Origin: a bacterium
GTDB lineage: Bacteria > UBA8248
Direction: 5' to 3'
Length of the DNA: 64,000 nucleotides
NCBI GenBank assembly: GCA_965200245.1
Contig: CBDATS010000004.1
Coordinates: 736,001 to 800,000, forward strand
Shown here: piece after piece, positions 9,603 through 18,531 of the stretch
Numbering within the stretch: the first letter of the stretch is position 1
How the letters are laid out: each line of letters begins with the position of its first letter
Position numbers and translations under genes: made by a program
Notes under the pieces: model-generated
The model's input: only the letters and a program-made list of their open reading frames with translations
Told to the model about the DNA's origin: nothing
The model's database searches: none

Positions 9603-10288
9603 ACGCCGATTTTTTCAAATTTCCCTCTACGCCGCATCTGGCAACCTTACCCGGCGTCGATGTCAGAGCCGACAAGGTTCTGTCCGAATTCGAGCGGAAT
9701 GAATTTCTGCGACTTTCTCTTGTTATAGAAGAAAAAGTAGACGGCGCGAACCTGGGAATCTCATTCAACTCAGAAGGAGATGTCCGGGCACAGAACAGGG
9801 GAGCGTACCTAGACTTGCCGAGGTCGGGCCAATGGAAAAAGCTCGATCAGTGGCTTTCGCTCCGGACCGATTCACTTTTTGACCACCTCTCCGACCGCTT
9901 CATCCTCTTCGGAGAATGGTGTTACGCCCGGCACACGATTCTCTATGATCGTTTGCCTGACTGGTTCCTTGGCTTCGACCTTTATGACAAACGCGTCGGC
10001 AGGTTTCTTAGCTCGGCGTGTCGGGATGCGTTCTTGGGAAAAATGGGTGTATCCCAAGTTCCGGTAATCGGGCGTGGCGTTTTCACCTATCCAGAAATCA
10101 AGAGGTTGTTGTCACAGTCAAAACTGGCCAGTCTCCCTGTGGAAGGCGTCTATCTGCGTGCTGATGAAGGGGATTGGTTGGCTGGGCGCGCCAAACTCGT
10201 CCGTTCAATGTTTGTTCAGTCAATGGAACAACACTGGTCCCGTTTGGATGTCGAACCGAATCGATTGAGTTTGAAGGTTCACGGATGA
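9599..10288 (+). CDS. ATP-dependent RNA-ligase-family nucleotidyltransferase (single domain)
   Basis: KFPSTPHL; motif I EEKVDGAN; III LFGEW; IIIa FLGFD; IV EGVYLR; V RAKLVR; GTGA overlap with the PIN gene. Confidence 0.88.
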   Translation: MNADFFKFPSTPHLATLPGVDVRADKVLSEFERNEFLRLSLVIEEKVDGANLGISFNSEGDVRAQNRGAYLDLPRSGQWKKLDQWLSLRTDSLFDHLSDRFILFGEWCYARHTILYDRLPDWFLGFDLYDKRVGRFLSSACRDAFLGKMGVSQVPVIGRGVFTYPEIKRLLSQSKLASLPVEGVYLRADEGDWLAGRAKLVRSMFVQSMEQHWSRLDVEPNRLSLKVHG

Positions 10289-10289
10289 A

Positions 10290-10587
10290 TTGACTCGGTC
10301 TACTTTGAGTTGAAATTCCCATTAAAATTCCTCTTTTTCAGAGGCAATCCAGTGTTTGCAGAACCCCCTTGTATAGCTCGATCGAAACTCCGTCTTGCTC
10401 AGCCGCCCTGACGAATTGCGTTTTGGTTACCCCTTGGCCCTTCGCCACGCTCACGATACTTGCACCGGCCTCGAGTTTGCCGATGACTTGCAAAGGCGAA
10501 TCGCTGGACAGCTGTGCAATGGCCTCGACGTACCACGAGCGGCTGTCCCGTACCGTCTAGCTCCAGTACTAGAGTTGCTAGAGCCAC
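10290..10587 (-). pseudogene. HAD-family hydrolase remnant
   Basis: LVLELDGT (motif I-like), frameshift into DSRSWYVEAI...ELYKGVLQTLDCL*KRGILMGIST (motif II-like) with a TGA at 10338-10340; truncated at the convergent ligase gene. Confidence 0.55.
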
Positions 10588-11546
10588 GTTTTGTATCTGG
10601 ACTGGTCGTCTGTCAATTCGAAAGCGAAACCACCTGTACGATCATCTTTTTCAATGACCGCGTTACCGGAAGTGTCCCTTGTACCGTCCGTTCTGAACGT
10701 GGCGACCGCCTTCCTTTGTTCCCGCCCGAAACGATAGGCGTTCATGGCTCCTCCATCCACTGCCGACTGAGCCATGACGATGCCCTGGGCGAAAGCCACG
10801 ATAAGCTTGTTCCTCTTGCGAAGAAGCAACGACGAAACCCGTTGCCCGAACCCGAATTCGCTGACGAACACCGCACCCGGATACGCGAGCAGTTCATCCC
10901 ACAGGGCGCGATTCTCCGGTGGGAACACATTGTCCAACCCACAGGGCATGACACACACCGTGCGACCCCCGGCTTTCACAGCAGCGCCGTGCCCTATCGA
11001 GTCGGCGCCCATGGCGAATCCCGACACGACAACCATTCCCTGTCGTGCGGCAACCATCGCGATTCTTCCTGCACCGCTTGCGTAGGGTTCACGGGTATTC
11101 CGCGAGCCCACGATGGCGACCGTCCCCAAGCCATTCCAAATCGTCGGGTCGCCGCGGACATAGAGTACCGGCACCGGATTGTTGCTGGCGTATACACGTT
11201 CCGGGTAATCCGGGTCACCATGGACGAGGATCGATGCCGAGAGACCGCGAGCGCGTTCGAGTTGCTCGACGGCGCGTACCCACCCTGCATCCACCTCCAC
11301 CTGCGAATGGGACTGGATTCCGCGTCGGAGCTTTTCGCCAATGCGGACGGTGAAAGGCAGAAGATCAGGGTTTCTGATCGCCGTCTGCGGATCGACGCCA
11401 GCCTCATGCATGGCACGAAACTTCACGGGACCGAATCCTGAAACCCGCTCCAAAGTGTAGAGGGCACTCAATCGGTCGACGCCAGGGTATCGTCCATGTC
11501 CACTCTGGGAGACCCGACCACCGGACAGGCGTTCTTTCAACAGCAT
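10578..11546 (-). CDS. DprA/Smf (SLOG) family protein
   Basis: VAIVGSR, VVSGFAMGADSIGH, RNKLIVAFAQG; start uncertain (11546 or 11582). Confidence 0.88.
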   Translation of the reverse strand: MLLKERLSGGRVSQSGHGRYPGVDRLSALYTLERVSGFGPVKFRAMHEAGVDPQTAIRNPDLLPFTVRIGEKLRRGIQSHSQVEVDAGWVRAVEQLERARGLSASILVHGDPDYPERVYASNNPVPVLYVRGDPTIWNGLGTVAIVGSRNTREPYASGAGRIAMVAARQGMVVVSGFAMGADSIGHGAAVKAGGRTVCVMPCGLDNVFPPENRALWDELLAYPGAVFVSEFGFGQRVSSLLLRKRNKLIVAFAQGIVMAQSAVDGGAMNAYRFGREQRKAVATFRTDGTRDTSGNAVIEKDDRTGGFAFELTDDQSRYKTWL

Positions 11547-11705
11547 TTGAACGGCCTCAGACCTTGACGGTAACCTCATCAAGATGCGCTTCGATACGTT
11601 GAGTCGTCATTGCTCCCTCACATACGACCGGGAACGTCATCAAGGGGATGCAATCAATACCTGCGCGTGGCGGATGTTTCTTCCTCTTGCACCTGCACGA
11701 GGCAA

Positions 11706-12677
11706 TCAGTCTGGCCAGTATAGCTTGATTTCATGATATATGTGACAGAGTCCTGACCCGGAACACTGGCCTTTTGCCCGTCGAACGTATCGATTGGACA
11801 GGAGCGAACTCTCTGCCAGAGCAAGCATCAGCAGGACGACTTTACTACACCCGAACTCTCTCAGTCGCGAAGCACACGCACCTGCCGTGCGGCCCCGGTT
11901 CATTACATCATCAAGCAGGAGAATTGTTCGTCCCTGAATCTCCTCTTCCATCTTCTGATGAAAAGAATACTGGCTAGCGAGCGTAGTCTTGCTGACGAAT
12001 CTGGACTCCTCTCGGCTGTTCTGTTGGCCGCTGCTGGGATCGGTATTATGATGTCCACTTGGCGGATCCACGCCTTGCACATTGGGGTAGTCCTAACATG
12101 CTCCGCCAGGATTCGCCCGAAAAAAGCCGGCAACACAGCATCGCCTTTCTTGAATTTCCGGACCAGTTGCGACCATTGCTCGTTACGATTCGCATCCCCG
12201 ACCCAGCGGTAGACGCCGACGACCGAGACCTTGTCAATTGCATCTAGCTTTCGGCTGTAATTCGCCTTGTTCAAACCGAATCTCCAGAGAAACTCATCTC
12301 GCAATTCCACATCTGATGCCAGTCAATTAAACTGTCCCGCAACCGCCCCATCGAAATTCCTGATTTCTATATCTGGTTCCTTTTGAATGACAGCCAGTCG
12401 CTCTTGAATTAATGATCGGAGTGGACGAGGCAGGCTTGGGAATAGCCGAGCAGTTTCGAGGTCTGCGATCGCCCGTGACTTGTCCATGCCGCTTTGATGT
12501 GTCAACGCACGCTGAGAAAATGCGTAAAAAAGCCAGGGTTCTCCGCGTGCAATAATTGCTGGCTAGGCGGTATTTTCGATTGACTGAACTTCGTAGCCGC
12601 GTCCAGATAGTCTCCCTGTCGCGCTGGTTCGATAGCTTTCTCTGCAACGATACGTGAGCGAGTTTCAGGGGAAGCAC
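11706..12677 (-). pseudogene. ComF-like phosphoribosyltransferase, disrupted
   Basis: IIIPIP..R..ER and PRPP-binding ILLLDDVMNRGRT lie in different frames; in-frame TGA at 12323-12325 and a further frameshift upstream. Confidence 0.7.
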
Positions 12678-12750
12678 ATCGACCGCCCTCTTTCCTCTTG
12701 ATACTGAAGATCAGGTGCGGGAGATTGCAAATGGTTTCGAGGGGAAGCGA

Positions 12751-13068
12751 TTATCCTCTGCTGTCTTGACGTGTTGATTCTGTTTTGGATGCTTTTTCGT
12801 AGAATTCGAGAATGTCTGGTTCTGTGTCCGGGGATAGTCTGAGTCCCTGGCAGATTCTTGATAAAACCTTCTCGGTTATTATCCCGTGTATTTTAGAATC
12901 ATTATGGGCAATTTCGATCTCAAGGTCTTCTGTTTTTTTGATGCTGGCATATTGATATTCAATGAAACTTTTTCGATTGATAAATGATGGGTAATCTTGA
13001 GGCCACAGGATACAGGTGTCATCGGCTTTTGGGTGGAAGGTTGAGACGTTTACGAGCAATACTTCCAT
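12751..13068 (-). CDS. putative toxin (divergent PemK/MazF-like) downstream of Panacea antitoxin
   Basis: Frame is open upstream to 13185 (KRHLHIILTNP..EVLLVNVST..DDTCIL..SFIEY); first ATG is 13068. Confidence 0.5.
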   Translation of the reverse strand: MEVLLVNVSTFHPKADDTCILWPQDYPSFINRKSFIEYQYASIKKTEDLEIEIAHNDSKIHGIITEKVLSRICQGLRLSPDTEPDILEFYEKASKTESTRQDSRG

Positions 13069-13159
13069 GTCGGGGTTTGGATTGGTCAGTATGATGTGCA
13101 GATGTCTTTTAGGTCCTGATTCTCTGAGAAGGCATGTGTATTTTTCTAGGGGGAAATAT

Positions 13160-13714
13160 CTAGAAAGATGCTGAATATATTCTATCTAGTGCTTTTCTCT
13201 CTTCGATTCGTTGGCACAAATCGTCTGCATCATAGCCCCACTGCGTGAAAAGTTCTCTGTATAGGATGGGAGTTCTATTCATTCCCTCGGGAGGGGTTTT
13301 CCACTCAGGGAGTGTATGGGTGTAGTCCCGGACCTGGAATTGGTCTTTCCCTTTATGTTGCTCGTATAGTTTCTGGATGATGTTTTCGATTCTCCTGCTG
13401 AGTCGGCCGAACCTGTCGTTTTTTGCTTTGTCTGTGAGTTTCAGGTGATGTTGCTCATCTGCCTGAATGTATGTATGCCAAGGGTCTCGTTCTTTTTTGT
13501 TGTTTGGGTAGGAACTGAAAAATGGTTCCTCAATGACGGGACCGTGTTCTCTTGAAGCGAGTCGGCCTCCACAGATGGGGGTGCCACATTGGCGAAGATG
13601 CTCTTTCTCGGCGAGGTACATCAATTTCATCAGTTTGAGTCTGCTTATCTTATCGCCTTCTAGTCTGATGAACCGTGCGGCCATCTGGGCTGCTCTTTCT
13701 GCATCGTACATCAT
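13160..13714 (-). CDS. Panacea-domain (SocA/GepA, DUF4065) antitoxin
   Basis: RLKLMKLMYLAE...HGPV...YTHTLPEWK motifs; GGAG RBS before ATG 13714. Confidence 0.85.
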   Translation of the reverse strand: MMYDAERAAQMAARFIRLEGDKISRLKLMKLMYLAEKEHLRQCGTPICGGRLASREHGPVIEEPFFSSYPNNKKERDPWHTYIQADEQHHLKLTDKAKNDRFGRLSRRIENIIQKLYEQHKGKDQFQVRDYTHTLPEWKTPPEGMNRTPILYRELFTQWGYDADDLCQRIEERKALDRIYSASF

Positions 13715-13873
13715 TGAACTTTCTCCCATTCTCGGCATTTTATCCTAATTTGAAATAATAGCAATCGCTTTTTCTTGGTTTGACATTTTTGGTTGTGATA
13801 GGGACCGATCCTAATCCTTCTTTTCTCTCCTGCGCAGATCCGCAATATAATAAGAAAAGCTCAAAAAAAGGCC

Positions 13874-13940
13874 AGTATGTGGCAAAGACAGGAAAATGAT
13901 TACTCGTGTGAATGGTCGCCCCTTTGTTTTTGATGAACTC
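13874..13940. repeat. diverged 67-bp intergenic repeat, copy 2
   Basis: Matches 6907-6973 in the same orientation. Confidence 0.75.
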
Positions 13941-14188
13941 GAAGGTGAAATCCCTTTTGGACAAAAGAAAAGAAGGATAGAACTTCCCCCTGCACACCCA
14001 ACTGGAGCATGAATAGTTTATAGCTCTAGCAGATTGCACTGGATCGAGATTGATATCAAAGATTCTGATTTGGATGACTAAATTGACACTCTTGATTCGT
14101 CCCACTCTTCCTGAAGACCGGGGTGCGCGACGGACCATTGTGCGCCTTCCTGGGCGTTCCTGGCCGTGTCTGGTCACGCGATCCTTCC

Positions 14189-14486
14189 TCAGTAGAGGCG
14201 TCTGCCGGGGGCCATGGGTCCGTGCAGTATCCATGCGACACGAATCCCCTCGGCAACCTGTCGGCAACAGATGGCGTGCGAAGCTCTCCCATACCGACAC
14301 AGGCCGTCTCGGACGAAGCCATGGTCTGGGCCGAAAACCGGATTTTCGGCAACGGTTCTGATCCTGGAGTGAAGCGCTCCGTATATTGCTCCGCTCCGCT
14401 CGACACAAATCGAAATGCTCGATACCGCAGAGTTAGATTTCGATCGGATCACGCCCGGCGTCACCGGTGAACTCAATTCTGGTCAC
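14189..14486 (-). pseudogene. parE: ParE/RelE-family toxin pseudogene
   Basis: GTG 14486 MTRIEFTGDAGRDPIEI*LCGIEHF, then frameshift to ALHSRIRTVAENPVFG..FVRDGLCRY...SHAI..R....IRVAWILHGPM. Confidence 0.75.
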
Positions 14487-14598
14487 GCAGCAAACCTTTT
14501 CGTCGCGCATCCGCCCGCACTGATTCCATGATTTCAGGCAGAACTCGACCGCTGATGCCGCTTGCTTCCGCCCTGTCGGAGATCGTCAGTCTGGACAT
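14473..14598 (-). pseudogene. parD: ParD-family antitoxin with internal in-frame deletion (41 aa)
   Basis: Strong RBS AAGGAGG; MSRLTIS is fused directly to DRAEASGISGRVLPEIMESVRADARRKGLL; overlaps the parE start. Confidence 0.65.
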
Positions 14599-14751
14599 AT
14601 CGATTCCTCCTTTCATATAAAATTTGCCAAAGATTCGCGAAAGCTCAGGTGAAGGACTCCGACTGGAAGGACCGGGAATGGCGTTGAGCAGCCTGCCCCG
14701 TTGCTTGATCTGCCGGCCATTTGCGGCAATGCTCTTTTTCCAGAATATTGA

Positions 14752-14809
14752 GTGTCCGCTTTGGTGTCCGTTACCGGCATATACAGGGATGTATAGAGAT
14801 ATACAGGGA
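14752..14809. repeat. short direct repeats beside the tRNA 3' end (possible integrase arm sites)
   Basis: gtgtccg at 14752 and 14764; atatacaggga at 14779 and 14799. Confidence 0.5.
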
Positions 14810-14874
14810 ACTGGTTCAAAACAAAATATTCTCTCTCAAGTTATTGATTTATCAAGGTTTTTCTTGCATTTCAA

Positions 14875-14950
<76 letters not shown>

Positions 14951-15149
14951 GAGATGTGGAACACTCGACGAACAACTATTGGTTGTTCCTTTTCGGCCCA
15001 TTCTCCCGACAGGCAAGTATCTCCTTGCCTGTCGCAGGAAGGCGAGATTTTAAAACGCGCCGTCACGGGCGTCAACATGGAAACGTCTTGTACCTCATGT
15101 TGATGGAATTGTTGATGCGACGGAACCTCCACCCCATGGTGACAACACG

Positions 15150-16160
15150 ATGAAGCGATCTCCATTTCCCGTCGGCAAACTTCCGCCGGATGTGCTGGAA
15201 ACCCTGCTCCAGCCCACCGGTTCCCATCCACGCCTCATCGTGGGGCCAAAAGTGGGGGAAGACGCAGCCGTCATCGACATGGAAGATCGTTATCTCGTCG
15301 CGAAATCAGACCCCATCACGTTCGTGGAAGATCATCTCGGACGCTATGCCGTGCACGTAAACGCCAACGACATCGCCTGCATGGGTGCCACCCCGCAGTG
15401 GTTCCTGATGACCTTGCTTTTGCCTGAAGGACGCACCGACGAGGCAATGGTCAGCCGTATCTGGGAAGAGGTGCGCGAAACATGCACCGATTTGGGCATC
15501 ACCTTGTGTGGCGGACATACGGAGGTTACGGCGGGGCTGGATTTTCCAATTCTCTCGAGCCATATGCTTGGAGAAGTCCCGAAGGAGAATCTGGTCCGTG
15601 GCGTGGATGCGAACGCCGATGACCTGATTTTGCCTACACGCGCGGTCCCGGTCGAAGGAACGGCCATACTGGCGAATACGAAATACGATTTTCTGAAAAA
15701 TATCATAGATACCAAAATACTGGAAAATGCGAAAACATACCTGGAATATCCCGGCATCAGTGTGGTGGCGCAAGCCCTGGCGGCGGCCGGTACAGGACTG
15801 GTACACGCCATGCACGACCCGACCGAAGGAGGGCTGGCCACCGGTATTCATGAATTGGCGCAGGCCTCGGGGCTGGGGGCAATCGTGGAAAAGAGCGAAA
15901 TCCCCCTCTCTCCGGAAGGAGAGAAGATATGTGAAGCGTTAGGCCTGGATCCCCTGGGTGTCATTACGTCGGGAGCACTATTGCTGGCGGTTCCTGCCGA
16001 AGGTGAAGAAATCGTGCGGAAAGCACTTTTCTCGACTGGTGCGATGGGTGCCTGCATCGGCAAATTGTGCCCACCCGAATCCGGCGTGATGATTCAGGGC
16101 GACGCCGGAGTCTATCCGCTCAGGCGCTACGATTCCGATGAAATTGCAAAAGTATTGTGA
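15150..16160 (+). CDS. AIR synthase-related (HypE/ThiL/PurM-like) protein
   Basis: VGEDAAV, NANDIACMGA, GGHTEVT, MHDPTEGGL. Confidence 0.85.
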   Translation: MKRSPFPVGKLPPDVLETLLQPTGSHPRLIVGPKVGEDAAVIDMEDRYLVAKSDPITFVEDHLGRYAVHVNANDIACMGATPQWFLMTLLLPEGRTDEAMVSRIWEEVRETCTDLGITLCGGHTEVTAGLDFPILSSHMLGEVPKENLVRGVDANADDLILPTRAVPVEGTAILANTKYDFLKNIIDTKILENAKTYLEYPGISVVAQALAAAGTGLVHAMHDPTEGGLATGIHELAQASGLGAIVEKSEIPLSPEGEKICEALGLDPLGVITSGALLLAVPAEGEEIVRKALFSTGAMGACIGKLCPPESGVMIQGDAGVYPLRRYDSDEIAKVL

Positions 16161-16170
16161 GGAAACAAGT

Positions 16171-16755
16171 ATGAAACGATCCGTAGAGGGCGTGTTGCTC
16201 GATTTTGACGGCACACTCACGAAACCCGCCTTCGACTGGCCTGCCATGAAAGAGGAGATGGGATTGCCTGATGAGGAGGTATCCATCCTGGACCATCTCG
16301 TCACGCTTTCTTCCGAGCGCGCCGATGAGATATCAAGAATCCTCGAAAAACATGAAATCAGGGCCGCGGACAGGGCTGAAGCCAACGATGGCGCGCATGC
16401 GCTGATCGCCTACCTCAGAACCCGGGAAATCCCCTTCGCCGTCGTGACGAACAATGCGAAGCGGCACATTCTGAGGATGGTGAAAAAAATCAACATCACT
16501 TTCGAAATCCTGATCACCCGGGATATCGGCTACTGGAAACCGGACCCAAGGCCGATGTTCGCAGGAGCCGAGGCAATCGGCGTATCGCCCGAGCAATGCG
16601 TTGTCATCGGTGACGGGAAATATGACGTGATGGCGGCCGCAGCGGCCGGAATGCTGTCGATTCATCTTTCGGAATGCTCTTCGCTGCCCAGCGATTTCAC
16701 CCTTTCCACGCTCCGGGAAGCACCTGCCCTGCTGGAACAACTGCTTTCCAGATAG
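16171..16755 (+). CDS. HAD-family hydrolase
   Basis: LLDFDGTL, VVTNN, KPDP, IGDGKYD. Confidence 0.9.
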   Translation: MKRSVEGVLLDFDGTLTKPAFDWPAMKEEMGLPDEEVSILDHLVTLSSERADEISRILEKHEIRAADRAEANDGAHALIAYLRTREIPFAVVTNNAKRHILRMVKKINITFEILITRDIGYWKPDPRPMFAGAEAIGVSPEQCVVIGDGKYDVMAAAAAGMLSIHLSECSSLPSDFTLSTLREAPALLEQLLSR

Positions 16756-16991
16756 AATCGCGCCCTGAATGTCCGACAACCGGAATGGCGTGGAACGGAA
16801 CGAGTGGACAGCGCGCCGTCCCATTCGGTCGCTTGATGCCATTTGTCAAGGCAGCAAAGCCTCTTCCCACCGGAAAAGCCGATGCGTGGTCTGTCCCGAA
16901 ACGAAACGCGCCAAAACCGCGAATGCACACAATATCATTTCCGCTCGGGAACGAGGGGAAAAGGTACAGCCGTCCGGATTGTGCGTGATTT

Positions 16992-18494
16992 TTATATGAA
17001 CCCGGCGACAGTGCCCTTCGCCGCGTCGAGGAAACTGCCCGGGAAGATGCCCAGCATTAACGTCGCCACCACGAGCACCACAAGTGCGACGAGAAGCGAG
17101 GGTGCGCTTGAAAAACGCATCACCTCCTGGCCCTCTCCCCTGTTCTCCATGTACATCACCATAATGATGCGGCCGTAGTAGTACATCGAAACCGCGCTCA
17201 TCACGAGGCCGATGGCGGCGAGCCAGTAATATTCGTTTTGCACCGCAGCAGCGAAGACATAGAGCTTGCCAACGAAGCCGGCCGTCGGTGGAATGCCGCC
17301 GAGCGAGAGCAGGAACACCACGAAGGCCATCCCCGCCCAGGGGTGCGCCTGGCCGATTCCTTTCCAGTCCTCGATGTTGTCAGCCCGGTACCCGTCGCGG
17401 CAGACGAGAATCAACATCCCGAAAGCGCCGAGGTTCGTGAACAGATAGGCGAGCAGATAAAACGCCACTGCGCTGATGCCGATGGAAGTGAACGTCACCT
17501 TGCCGTCCACGACGCTCATGGTGGCCACCACGCCCATCAACACGTAGCCCGCATGCCCGATGCTCGAATACGCCAGCATTCGCTTGAGACTCGTCTGGGC
17601 TATCGCCGCTACGTTCCCCCACACCAGTGTGAAAGCCGTGAGCGCCCACAGCAGGGTGTTCCACCTCTCGCCCATGGCCGGGAACGCCACGAAGAATATC
17701 CGCATCAAGGCCGCCACGGTCGCGAACTTGACGGCCACCGACATGAAGCCCGTAATCGGTGTCGGCGCGCCTGTGTAGGCGTCGGGCAGCCACATATGAA
17801 ACGGCGCCATCGCCAGCTTGAACCCAAAACCCGCTACCAGGAGGATGAGTCCGAAAATCATCACCGGGTTCTGCGCGATGGCCGCACCCCCCGATCCCGA
17901 GAACGCCGCCGCGATTCCGCGAATCGAGGTCGTCCCGGTGAACCCGTAGGTCAGGGCCATGCCGTAGAGCAGTACGCCCGAAGCGAAAGCGCCCATGAGA
18001 AAATACTTGAGGCCCGCCTCCCGGCTCAGGGGGTCATGCCGCATGAACGCCACGAGCACGTAGATGCTGATGCTCATGGTCTCCAGACCCAGATAGATCG
18101 TAATCAAATCATTGCCCGAAGCCATCACGAGCATCCCGAAGACCGAGAAGAGCAGCATGGCGTACAATTCACCGTAGTCGATCTTCTCCACCTTGGCGTA
18201 TTGAAGCAGCAGCAGAATGGAAATGGCCGTACAGAGCAACACGCTCACCTTCACGAACACGCTCAGGTTGTCGACCACGTAAAAGTCGTTGAACGTCGTT
18301 CTTGCGCCCTCGCCCCATTGCCCGAAGGCGATGAGTCCGAGAATCAGGACACCTATGAACGCCACGACACCCACGCGCGACTTGTTCTCAAGCGAAACAA
18401 ACAGGTCGATGATCAAAACGGCGCAGACGAGTATGGCCAGCCCTATCTCGGGCAGTGCCAGCGACAGCGCGATGTCGGGAATCACCACTTCCAT
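16992..18494 (-). CDS. nuoN: NADH-quinone oxidoreductase subunit N (operon 2)
   Basis: EAGLKYF, GFKLAMAPFHMWLPDAYTGAP, KRMLAYSSIGHAGY. Confidence 0.95.
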   Translation of the reverse strand: MEVVIPDIALSLALPEIGLAILVCAVLIIDLFVSLENKSRVGVVAFIGVLILGLIAFGQWGEGARTTFNDFYVVDNLSVFVKVSVLLCTAISILLLLQYAKVEKIDYGELYAMLLFSVFGMLVMASGNDLITIYLGLETMSISIYVLVAFMRHDPLSREAGLKYFLMGAFASGVLLYGMALTYGFTGTTSIRGIAAAFSGSGGAAIAQNPVMIFGLILLVAGFGFKLAMAPFHMWLPDAYTGAPTPITGFMSVAVKFATVAALMRIFFVAFPAMGERWNTLLWALTAFTLVWGNVAAIAQTSLKRMLAYSSIGHAGYVLMGVVATMSVVDGKVTFTSIGISAVAFYLLAYLFTNLGAFGMLILVCRDGYRADNIEDWKGIGQAHPWAGMAFVVFLLSLGGIPPTAGFVGKLYVFAAAVQNEYYWLAAIGLVMSAVSMYYYGRIIMVMYMENRGEGQEVMRFSSAPSLLVALVVLVVATLMLGIFPGSFLDAAKGTVAGFI

Positions 18495-18531
18495 GGGAAA
18501 GACTCCATCAAATCAAGCGAAATCTCGTTCA

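Noticed and set aside
10557-10580. Three clustered in-frame TAG codons at the dprA end (pyrrolysine or recoding?)
   Set aside because: They fall at the natural C-terminus, overlapping a decayed HAD gene; TAG is a normal stop for many genes in this window.
12323-12325. In-frame TGA in the PRTase region as a second selenocysteine
   Set aside because: No redox motif or clear hairpin, and the gene also carries frameshifts, so nonsense decay is simpler.
15150-16160. AIR-synthase-like gene as selD supporting the selenoprotein
   Set aside because: Lacks the SelD N-terminal (C/U)xxK motif; fits the generic HypE/ThiL-like family.
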